DNA of 20,000 nt. It comes from an uncultured virus (IMG/VR IMGVR_UViG_3300003876_000001). Taxonomy: Duplodnaviria; Heunggongvirae; Uroviricota; Caudoviricetes. A program made the translations under genes and the position numbers. Of this stretch, positions 9,676-17,549 are shown in pieces (positions within the stretch are counted from its first letter, which is position 1; each line of letters starts with the position of its first letter). The stretch is taken from IMG/VR virus record IMGVR_UViG_3300003876_000001, positions 118,980 through 138,979 of that record, one strand, 5' to 3'. The notes below the pieces were generated by a model, which ran no database searches, had not been told where the DNA came from, and was given only the letters and a program-made list of their open reading frames with translations.

Positions 9676-10183
9676 TATTAATTCCGATGAATATCCAGAT
9701 GCTGTATTATTTACTGATCGTTGGAATATTACACAAAATGGAAAAAATAAAGATGTTGATCAAGAATTTTACTTGATTTCTCAAGATAAATATTTTAACT
9801 TTGAAAATACAAATAGAGTATTATCAGATAATCACTATTTTACATATAGTGGTATTAAAGAAAGTGAAAATATCAAACGAGGTAGATTCAGAAAGATTTT
9901 TGTTGAAACTAAAGCATTTTATCCTAATCAAGATAATAATCAAACATTTGATATCGAATATAGATTATTTTCAACACAGAATAATAATTATGAATTTGAT
10001 GTAATTCCTTGGACTAAAGTAGATAGAACATCCAAAGGTTATGAATTCACATTAGATACTTCGTGGTTAATTCCACAAGACTATTCTCTTCAAGTTAGAA
10101 TGGTAGAAGGAGACATTTTTTATGTAAAAGAAAAAATTAAATTTTCTGTTGTTTCCGATGGTGTTACTGGTGCACAAAACTAA
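9668..10183 (+). CDS. Probable C-terminal continuation (+1 frame) of the 8818 gene
   Basis: The ORF-track N-terminus (9578-9667) looks like shadow translation. From about 9668 (TLNINSDEYPDAVLFTDRW...VIPWTKVD...LDTSWLIPQDY) it reads as genuine beta-rich protein with no start codon of its own. Confidence 0.6.
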   Translation, partial: TLNINSDEYPDAVLFTDRWNITQNGKNKDVDQEFYLISQDKYFNFENTNRVLSDNHYFTYSGIKESENIKRGRFRKIFVETKAFYPNQDNNQTFDIEYRLFSTQNNNYEFDVIPWTKVDRTSKGYEFTLDTSWLIPQDYSLQVRMVEGDIFYVKEKIKFSVVSDGVTGAQN

Positions 10184-10242
10184 AGTTATACGTATTTATA
10201 TTAGTAAAGGTTACGAAAATATTAATTTATTTTCAAAAACAC

Positions 10243-10273
10243 TTGTAGAACACTGAAAAAAATTGTAGATTTG
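10243..10273 (+). promoter_or_regulatory. Bacteroidota-type housekeeping promoter (-33 TTG, -7 TAGATTTG)
   Basis: TTG 10243-10245, 20-nt spacer, TAGATTTG 10266-10273; fits (T)TTG-N19-21-TAnnTTTG; upstream of the SSB gene. Confidence 0.7.
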
Positions 10274-10291
10274 TAAATGTATTTAAAATTG

Positions 10292-10379
10292 TAATAACAA
10301 TGTAAATAATAACAATGTAAATAATAACAATGTAAATAATAACAATGTAAATAATAACAATGTAAATAATAACAATGTA
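10292..10379 (+). repeat. Perfect 15-bp tandem repeat TAATAACAATGTAAA, 5 full copies plus 13 nt
   Basis: Read directly from the sequence; the last partial copy supplies the ATG at 10375. Confidence 0.97.
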
Positions 10380-11625
10380 TTACTCTGATGTAATGACAAT
10401 GTTTGATGATTATGAAAATAAATCAACGGACAACAAGCCTAAACAAACAAAAGAAGACATTCTTGCTAAATATTTCACCCCACGTAATGGGATTGAACAA
10501 TTTAGAATTTTACCACCACTTAAAGGTAGAAAAATAATTGAATCAGCATTTTTTCACTATGTACCTGTTAATAAAGCAATAACAGCAGGTAAAGGTTGGA
10601 GGAAAATCTACTGTCCTGCACACAACTCTCCTAAAGTTCCTAAATTAGATGCACAAGGTATGGTAATTAAAGATCAGGGTGGCAATCCTGTATTAGTTGC
10701 CGAAAAATGCCCTTTATGTGAAAAGGCAGAACAAATTAAGCAACGTCTTGACACAAGTGTTAAGTTTATTAAGAAAGATGCTATGAATGATGCACAATTA
10801 GCAATTCGTGAAAAGAATATTATGATTTATAAGGAAGCAGGTAAGTGGGAAGCTAGAAAATATCACATTGTTCGTGGTATCGATAGAGGTAAAGTAAAAG
10901 ATGGTGTAAAATTTTGGAGATTTAAAGACAACTTTAAGAATCAAGGTATTCTTGATAAGTTAGTTCCTGCTCTTAAATTATATTACGAAGATCAACAAAA
11001 AAATCCAACTGATATTAATGAAGGTACTGATTTATATATTAATGTAGTAGACTCTAGAATGCCAAATGGTAACACATATAAAGATGTTTCTTCAATTACT
11101 GCAAGACAACCAAGTAAATTATATGATGATCATATCGTAGTTAATCAATGGTTAAGTGATCAAGTTACTTGGAGAGATGTATTTAAAGAAGCAACAATGA
11201 CGAAAGTTTTAACTTCGTCAGAATATCTTGAAAGAGTTGCTAAAGGTACAGACCCATTTTGGGATGATAGAGATCAAGATAATAAGAGATATATATTTCC
11301 AGATGTTGCTGATGCAGATTTAATGGTAAAAGCAAATGAAAAATCAGAAAGTCTTGATGCAGATTCAACAGAAAGTTATGAGATGGCTTCAGACGTAGCA
11401 GCAGCTAATGTTGTAAATGATTCTTATAATGTTAACATCACAAATGTTACAGCAGAAGATGTAGGAACACATAAAGATGATGCAGTTGATGTTGGTGCAG
11501 AATTTACTAATACACCTACTGAACAAGTTGCACCGCAACCTGTTGTAGAACAAGCACCACATATATTTACACCATCAGTTGAAGATGATGTAGAAAGTGA
11601 AGAGTACGATGATCTACCATTCTAA
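10375..11625 (+). CDS. Single-stranded DNA-binding protein, T4 gp32-like
   Basis: FRILPP, FFHY, CPAH...CPLC (Zn ligands), GVKFWRF, PTDINEGTDL, and an acidic tail ending DDLPF; heads the recombination/replication operon. Confidence 0.85.
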   Translation: MYYSDVMTMFDDYENKSTDNKPKQTKEDILAKYFTPRNGIEQFRILPPLKGRKIIESAFFHYVPVNKAITAGKGWRKIYCPAHNSPKVPKLDAQGMVIKDQGGNPVLVAEKCPLCEKAEQIKQRLDTSVKFIKKDAMNDAQLAIREKNIMIYKEAGKWEARKYHIVRGIDRGKVKDGVKFWRFKDNFKNQGILDKLVPALKLYYEDQQKNPTDINEGTDLYINVVDSRMPNGNTYKDVSSITARQPSKLYDDHIVVNQWLSDQVTWRDVFKEATMTKVLTSSEYLERVAKGTDPFWDDRDQDNKRYIFPDVADADLMVKANEKSESLDADSTESYEMASDVAAANVVNDSYNVNITNVTAEDVGTHKDDAVDVGAEFTNTPTEQVAPQPVVEQAPHIFTPSVEDDVESEEYDDLPF

Positions 11626-11638
11626 ATAGGATGAACAT

Positions 11639-11678
11639 AAAAGGGGAGAGTGGGAATTAGATCTTCCCCCTTTTTTTA
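11639..11678 (+). terminator. Probable intrinsic terminator/attenuator after the SSB gene
   Basis: AAAAGGGGAGA...TCTTCCCCC followed by T7; the stem is imperfect with a large loop. Confidence 0.55.
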
Positions 11679-11712
11679 TTACACTAAAACACACAAATAA
11701 AAAAACATTAAT

Positions 11713-12825
11713 ATGAGCGATATACCTAAAGGTGGTAAAAGAAAACCTACCAATAAAAAATCATTTTCATTAGATGATTTTAGAAAAAAAACAGGAACTG
11801 AAATAATTAAAGATAAACAATTAAATTGGTATAAAACATCTAGTGCTTTACAAAAAGCAACAGGATTACCCGGTTTTCCTAAAGGATACGTATCACTTGC
11901 ACGTGGTTTTTCAAATACAGGTAAATCAACATCAGTATCAGAAGCAGCAGTTGCAGCACAAAAGGAAGGTGATTTAGTTATATTTATTGACACTGAGAAT
12001 AATATTGGTGAAGATAGATTAACAGCAATGGGGTTAGATGTTAATGAAGTAATAATGATTAGAAATGATTATTTGTTAAAACATTTTGGAAAAGTAAAAG
12101 ATAAAAACAGATCAGAAGCAGCAATAGAAGATATGGCTGATTGTATAACACATTTTCTTAATTTACAAGATTCAGGTGAATTACAAAACAACTTATGTAT
12201 TATTATAGATTCTCTTGGTAGTTTAGATTGTGTTAGAAGTATTAATGCAGCAGATAAAGGGACTTCTGATAATAATATGTGGAATGCAGGTGCTTTTGAA
12301 AGATCATTTAAATATCTATTAAATAGTAGAATACCATCTTCAAGAAAAGAAAATAAACCATATATAAATACAATTATTGGTGTACAAAAAATATGGTTAG
12401 ATTCAATGCAAGGTGCTGGTGTTGTAAAACATAAAGGTGGTGAAGCGTTTTTCTTTGGAGCAAGATTAATATATCATCATGGTGGTATTCAATCACATGG
12501 AACTAGAAAAGTAACGGCTACTAGCAAAGGAAGAGATGTTGCCTATGGAATTGAATCAAAAGTAGCAATTGTGAAGAATCAGATAGACGGTGCTTTAGGT
12601 GGTATAAATATGGAAGGTAAACTTATTTCAACTAAACATGGATTTATTGGTACAGATAAGGATGATATTGATACTTATAAGAAAAATAATTTAAAATTCT
12701 TTAGAGATGCATTAGGTGGTGATGTTGATTTAAATGATATTGCAACTAAATTTGTATCAATAAGAAATGATGAGGATTTATCTTTTCTAGAAAATGTAGA
12801 TACTGAAACAGGTGAAGTTACATGA
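11713..12825 (+). CDS. RecA/UvsX-like recombinase
   Basis: Walker A RGFSNTGKST, FIDTE, Walker B IIIDSLGSL, KGGEAFFFGARL, KNQI. Confidence 0.9.
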   Translation: MSDIPKGGKRKPTNKKSFSLDDFRKKTGTEIIKDKQLNWYKTSSALQKATGLPGFPKGYVSLARGFSNTGKSTSVSEAAVAAQKEGDLVIFIDTENNIGEDRLTAMGLDVNEVIMIRNDYLLKHFGKVKDKNRSEAAIEDMADCITHFLNLQDSGELQNNLCIIIDSLGSLDCVRSINAADKGTSDNNMWNAGAFERSFKYLLNSRIPSSRKENKPYINTIIGVQKIWLDSMQGAGVVKHKGGEAFFFGARLIYHHGGIQSHGTRKVTATSKGRDVAYGIESKVAIVKNQIDGALGGINMEGKLISTKHGFIGTDKDDIDTYKKNNLKFFRDALGGDVDLNDIATKFVSIRNDEDLSFLENVDTETGEVT

Positions 12826-13871
12826 AAATAAAAACATTATTAGTTGATTCATCATTTCTATTAAAGAGATCGATTCATGGTGCTAAAGATGTTTATACAC
12901 CAAAGTTTGGTCATATTGGTGGGTTATACCAATTTATGACCAAACTTAGGAAATTGGTTAAAGAGAATCAAATTAATAAAGTTGTTCTTGCATGGGATGG
13001 TGAAAATGGTGGTATATATAGACACAATATTGATCCTGCATATAAAGCAAATAGAAAAGATAAGACTTGGGGTGATAGAATAGTAATGTCTGATTACGAT
13101 ATTAAGAAAGAGAAAGAAAAAGACGAATCTGTTTTAAAACAACGTAAGAGAATTCAAGCATATGCAGAAGAACTTTTTCTAAGACAAATTGAGGTATTTA
13201 ATGTAGAAGCTGATGATTTAATTGCAGAATATTGCAATGAAAATCATAATAAAGAAGATATTATAATTTATACCAATGATAGAGATTTTGTTCAATTATT
13301 AAAATTAAATATTAAAATTATGTTTGATAATATTGATATGATTATAGATAAACATAATTTCTTCTTACATTTTCCATATGATTATAAAAACGGATTAACT
13401 TTGAAAATAATTGAAGGTGATGTCTCGGATAATATTCAAGGTATTCAGGGATTAAAAATAAAAACATTATTAAAACATTTCCCAGAATTAGCAAATAGAT
13501 ATGTATCTGTAAAAGAAATATGTACTAATGCAGATAAGATTAATGAAGAACGTGTTAGTAAGAAAATGAAACCACTAAAAGCACTTACAAATTTAACCGA
13601 AAATGTAGATAGATTAAAATTAAATTATCAACTTATTAATCTAGATGATCCATTTTTAAATGATGATGCTGAAGAAGAATTAGAACAACTATCACTACCA
13701 CTAAATGATGAAAATAGAAATTCTAAAAATTTAATTAATATGATGATTGAAGACGAATTTTTAACAGTATATAATGGTAACTTTGTTAATTATATAGAAC
13801 CATTTTATCCTATTATAATGAGTGAGAAAAAAATGTTAAAAGATTACAAGAAATCACATGTAAATGGTTGA
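12822..13871 (+). CDS. 5'-3' exonuclease / flap endonuclease (T4 RNase H or Pol I N-terminal-like)
   Basis: LLVDSSFL, AWDG, YKANR, EADDLIA, TNDRDFVQL, GDVSDNIQGIQG (H3TH motif). Confidence 0.92.
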   Translation: MKIKTLLVDSSFLLKRSIHGAKDVYTPKFGHIGGLYQFMTKLRKLVKENQINKVVLAWDGENGGIYRHNIDPAYKANRKDKTWGDRIVMSDYDIKKEKEKDESVLKQRKRIQAYAEELFLRQIEVFNVEADDLIAEYCNENHNKEDIIIYTNDRDFVQLLKLNIKIMFDNIDMIIDKHNFFLHFPYDYKNGLTLKIIEGDVSDNIQGIQGLKIKTLLKHFPELANRYVSVKEICTNADKINEERVSKKMKPLKALTNLTENVDRLKLNYQLINLDDPFLNDDAEEELEQLSLPLNDENRNSKNLINMMIEDEFLTVYNGNFVNYIEPFYPIIMSEKKMLKDYKKSHVNG

Positions 13872-13899
13872 CATATTAGACAAATTTAACGTATATTTG
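13868..13899 (+). promoter_or_regulatory. Bacteroidota-type promoter (TTGACA ... TATATTTG)
   Basis: TTG 13868-13870, 21-nt spacer, TATATTTG 13892-13899; upstream of the ATG at 13935. Confidence 0.7.
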
Positions 13900-13934
13900 T
13901 ATTAAACAATTTATAACAATAACACACACATAAA

Positions 13935-14600
13935 ATGACTGAAAAAGTACAAGAAAAATCACATACAAATAAATTCAAATTTGTCCTTTATCAAGGTAAA
14001 GACATAATAATTGAAAGAATATTCAATGCAGATGTTTTTAATCCCATAATTAGATATTCGGTTGACATTCGGGATTCCATTCCTGAAATAATTCAAAATC
14101 TACAAAGAGTTATGTCAGGAAGAAATTTAAATTATAAGGATTATGGGTATGATTTCTTAGAAAATTATAAGAAATTAATAGATTTATATTGTATTGATGA
14201 AAATAAACTATCTAAACCAAATTTTATTAAATATAAATATGGTAATAAAACCATAAAAGGTATTGAATGTAAATTTGGTTTATATATTAATGATAATCCT
14301 ATTGTTGAGAGGAAATTTTATGTTGATAATTATAACCCTGCTTCGAGATTTTCTATTGAAATAAGAGAAATTATTAATGAAATTATTGATGATATACATG
14401 AATCTTTAAAAGAGTTAGATGTTAATCATATGTGGGATGATTACACTTTGATTAACATATATGGATTATATGTAAATCAAATAAGAGAACTATCCAAAAA
14501 TAGAAGAAGTGAAATGATTGAAAAATCAACTGATAGAAGCTATATTAAAATGATTAAATCTCATTATTGTAATCAAACTCATCAACAATTAAATAATTAA
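13935..14600 (+). CDS. Hypothetical protein with an internal two-fold repeat
   Basis: KFVLYQGKDIIIERIFNADVFNPIIRYSVDIRDSIPEII aligns with KFGLYINDNPIVERKFYVDNYNPASRFSIEIREIINEII. Confidence 0.8.
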   Translation: MTEKVQEKSHTNKFKFVLYQGKDIIIERIFNADVFNPIIRYSVDIRDSIPEIIQNLQRVMSGRNLNYKDYGYDFLENYKKLIDLYCIDENKLSKPNFIKYKYGNKTIKGIECKFGLYINDNPIVERKFYVDNYNPASRFSIEIREIINEIIDDIHESLKELDVNHMWDDYTLINIYGLYVNQIRELSKNRRSEMIEKSTDRSYIKMIKSHYCNQTHQQLNN

Positions 14601-14699
14601 CACAAATTCCTGTTATATTTTTATAAACCTATAGTTGGAAAGTTAACTCTAGCGTTTTGAATATATACGTAGACTAATGTACTAGATGTATTATTCTAG

Positions 14700-14727
14700 A
14701 AGTAAAAACAAGTAAAAACAAGTAAAC
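14700..14727 (+). repeat. Short tandem repeat AAGTAAAAAC x2 plus AAGTAAAC in the helicase leader
   Basis: Read directly; ends 4 nt before the ATG at 14732. Confidence 0.8.
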
Positions 14728-14731
14728 AATA

Positions 14732-16354
14732 ATGATGGGAGATGAATATACTATTTCACAATATTTAGGTGCTGAATTTCAATTAAAAATTTTATGGCAA
14801 TTAGTAAGTGAACCAGAATTTGCAGAAAAATCAATTCCATTATTAGAAATATCGTATTTTGATGATGCTACATTTAAAAGATTTTTTTCTATAATACAAC
14901 AATATTTTGAATTAAATGGTAAACCACCTAATTTACAAAATAAAAGTATTTTACATGCAATTAGAAAATTCAGTAAAAAAAATGACCCTATTGAAATTGA
15001 TTTATTGGATGCAGTTGCAATCCAATTAAATAATTGGAACGAAAGAGTTTTAAATAAAGAACTTCAACATGATGGTGATACAATTCAAAAGGAAACATTA
15101 AATTTTATTAAACAACAAGAATATAGAAAAATAGCATCCTATATTCAAGGTGAAGTTAAACAAGGTAATAATAGTGATGAATTTTTATTTAATGTTGAAA
15201 ATGACTTAAAGAAAATCGGTGAGATTGGTGATGAAGATGATATGGGTATCGAAATTATGGATAATATTAGTCGAGCACTTACTAAAGAATTTCGTAAACC
15301 AATACCAACAGGTATTAAAGGTATTGATACGTTAACTAATGGTGGTCTCGGTGGTGGTGAGATTGGAATTATATTAGCACCATCAGGTGTTGGTAAATCA
15401 ACAATATTAACATATATTGCAAATACTGCATATAATTTAGGGTTAAATGTTTTACAAATTATTTTTGAAGATAAAGAAGATGATATTAGGAGAAAACATT
15501 TTGCTAAATGGTCTAAAATCCCACTATCTGAAATGGATGATAATCTAGTTAAGGTAAATGATAAAATTATTGATTGGCACAAAGAAAATATATTTGGTAA
15601 ATTAATAATAAAGAAATTTTCGCAGGAAGATACCACAATGCCTAAAGTTAGACAATATGTTAATAGATATAAAAAGAAATTTGGGTTATCGTTTGATATT
15701 ATAATATTAGATTATTTGGATGTCCTAGAACCACATACAAGAGGTTTAGATCAAAATGCTGGTGAACTTCAAATAGTTAAATCATTTGAAGGTATGGCAC
15801 ATGAATTAGATATTCCATGTTGGACTGCACTTCAAACTAATAGAAGTGGATTTGGTTCTGAATTAGTAGATACAGGTCAAATGGGTGGTAATATAAAACG
15901 TGCACAAAAAACACATTTTTTGATGTCTGTTGCAAAAACTCAAGAACAAAAATTAATAGGACAAGCTAATATTGCTATTCTAAAAGCAAGAATGGCAAGT
16001 GATGGACATGTATTTAAAGATTGTATATTTAATAATGATACTATGGAAATAGCATTGACTGATCCAGTTAATGATCCTACTAGAATTAATTTACCTACAA
16101 TTACTGAAGAAAAAATAGATAATTTAAATCAAGAAATAAGTGAAAGATATAAAGCACGTAGTGAAAATGAAGCAGATGAAATAAATAATAGTAATGAAAA
16201 TATTGAACACATTAAACCTATTGCTATTGAAAATGGTAAAGAAATATTGAAAAATCTTCACGAAGGAGAAGATATTGGAGATAAATCTAAAACAGATTTA
16301 ACTGAAATATTAAGACAACAACGTGAAAGTCAAAATGTTATGAAAAATAATTAA
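14732..16354 (+). CDS. DnaB/gp41-like replicative helicase
   Basis: IPTGIKGIDTLTNGGLGGGE, Walker A APSGVGKST, IIFE, Walker B IIILDYLD, PCWTALQTNR, ILKAR. Confidence 0.93.
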   Translation: MMGDEYTISQYLGAEFQLKILWQLVSEPEFAEKSIPLLEISYFDDATFKRFFSIIQQYFELNGKPPNLQNKSILHAIRKFSKKNDPIEIDLLDAVAIQLNNWNERVLNKELQHDGDTIQKETLNFIKQQEYRKIASYIQGEVKQGNNSDEFLFNVENDLKKIGEIGDEDDMGIEIMDNISRALTKEFRKPIPTGIKGIDTLTNGGLGGGEIGIILAPSGVGKSTILTYIANTAYNLGLNVLQIIFEDKEDDIRRKHFAKWSKIPLSEMDDNLVKVNDKIIDWHKENIFGKLIIKKFSQEDTTMPKVRQYVNRYKKKFGLSFDIIILDYLDVLEPHTRGLDQNAGELQIVKSFEGMAHELDIPCWTALQTNRSGFGSELVDTGQMGGNIKRAQKTHFLMSVAKTQEQKLIGQANIAILKARMASDGHVFKDCIFNNDTMEIALTDPVNDPTRINLPTITEEKIDNLNQEISERYKARSENEADEINNSNENIEHIKPIAIENGKEILKNLHEGEDIGDKSKTDLTEILRQQRESQNVMKNN

Positions 16355-16460
16355 ATTATTTATAAAAAAATGGAATTTTTTGTAACCTTTGAGGAATAAA
16401 TCCGTATTTATTATCACACAAAAACAAAAAATAAAAGTTTTAAAATATTTTACAAAATAC

Positions 16461-16491
16461 TTGCATATTAAATTTAAGTATTTTACATTTG
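16461..16491 (+). promoter_or_regulatory. Bacteroidota-type promoter for the ncRNA operon
   Basis: TTG 16461-16463, 20-nt spacer, TACATTTG 16484-16491; about 33 nt before the tRNA-like element. Confidence 0.75.
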
Positions 16492-16524
16492 CAACACCTT
16501 TAAGAAGTAAAGGTAATAAATTAT

Positions 16525-16592
16525 GGGGATGTAGTATAAATTAGTATAGCACCTGTGAGGTGCAGGTATAGGTGTAAGACCTATCAACTCCA
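16525..16592 (+). tRNA. Aberrant tRNA-like RNA (Ala-type acceptor, non-canonical anticodon and T loops)
   Basis: Acceptor GGGGATG/CAACTCC-A (G3:U70, one A-A mismatch), D arm GTAT-AAATTA-GTAT, anticodon arm GCACC-TGTGA-GGTGC, variable AGGT, T arm ATAGG-TGTAAGA-CCTAT. Confidence 0.6.
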
Positions 16593-16606
16593 CTTATTAA
16601 GAAAAC

Positions 16607-16622
16607 GTTCTTTAATATATTG
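16607..16622 (+). promoter_or_regulatory. boxA-like antitermination motif GTTCTTTAATATATTG
   Basis: Resembles rrn boxA (GYTCTTTAA) and lies immediately 5' of the large RNA. Confidence 0.45.
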
Positions 16623-17447
16623 AAAACTTTTGGGGGTGCTTATGCTCCCTGCTGTCTTCGGATAGTAAGTTCATTACCTTCGGGTATTGAAAAGATAAAC
16701 CGAGAAATCGGGATAAGGGTTAGGTGGAAATGCTAATTGTCCACTCTATCGGGTCGCTTGCGACCTCAAATAAGCACTACAATACATCTTCCTTCTTTTG
16801 GGGAGTGCCTAACGGTCTAACCAGATGAAGACATAGATTATGCAGAAAGGACTGCATAGTTGAGTATGAAAATACAATAAATGTAAATGTAGGGTTGATG
16901 TTCATAATTCCTACCAAGGATGAAGGGCAAGCAACCAGTTGGTAACTTAAACCGTAAGGCGAACACAACCATCTTCGGGTGGGGAAATAAGTCAGGAAGG
17001 TTATTAATTGCGGATTGGTATACGCATGGAGTCGTGCAGCATTGATCGTTCAAAAGACGGGCAACTGCATCCTAAACCACGACTTCAAAACTCCGAATTA
17101 GCTGTAAATTTTATAATCTTTTGAATTTAGATCAAAACAGATTTTATATCAATATAAAAGCACAAGTGTTTAGGCGTTGCATTAGAAAGTCGCATAACTC
17201 GCCATTGAGGTGGGGTAAGTCGGTAGCCAATCCGAATATTTGTTGTGGATGTTTATTCTAGTCGATCTAGTTAGTTTGCTCTGAAACGGGTGAGATAGAT
17301 ATGAAACAGCAGTAGAAAATGTAACGATACGATTGGTTAACGTAATTAACTTGCGATGATAGGATAATGTGGGCAACTGCATTGGACAATGAGAGAATAA
17401 GATAATGCTCTCAAGACCTATTGTTAAACTTGTAGTCTCAGAGTTTT
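16623..17447 (+). ncRNA. Large (~825 nt) highly structured ncRNA, GOLLD-like
   Basis: No credible ORF and visibly higher GC than the flanks. Three cUUCGg hairpins (16650-16667, 16670-16691, 16969-16982) plus GAAA/GTAA/GCAA/CTTG tetraloop hairpins. Long-range helices 16636-16643/16770-16777 and 17028-17036/17078-17086; terminal helix 16623-16630/17440-17447. Flanked by tRNA genes. Confidence 0.75.
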
Positions 17448-17549
17448 ATTTAAAAAGAAATTATAGTAGGTAAAAACCTCTTTCAAACTATTGGGTGAAA
17501 ATATTCCCTTTAGTCCCTGAAACGTAACCTACTAAAAATATTTAAGATT

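Noticed and set aside
10292..10379. CRISPR array
   Set aside because: The units are contiguous 15-mers with no spacers, and no cas genes are in the window.
583..15636. Antisense and nested ORFs in the track (e.g. 1712-2047, 4878-5138, 5513-5908, 11679-11993, 15145-15636)
   Set aside because: They are shadow frames of confident + strand genes or of the + strand pseudogene, with no recognisable motifs.
16381..16405. ECF-sigma-like promoter TGTAAC-N16-CGT
   Set aside because: A single short occurrence overlapping the GTATTTAT motif, which is too little support.
16777..17382. Minus-strand ORFs of 63, 71 and 66 aa
   Set aside because: They are short with atypical composition and overlap a region whose tetraloop hairpins indicate a + strand RNA.
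16623..17447. rRNA fragment, group I/II intron, RNase P or tmRNA as the identity of the large RNA
   Set aside because: I could not find rRNA universal motifs, group II ends/domain V, the RNase P P4 signature or a tmRNA tag frame with a 3' acceptor, and no gene is interrupted. This was judged by eye only.
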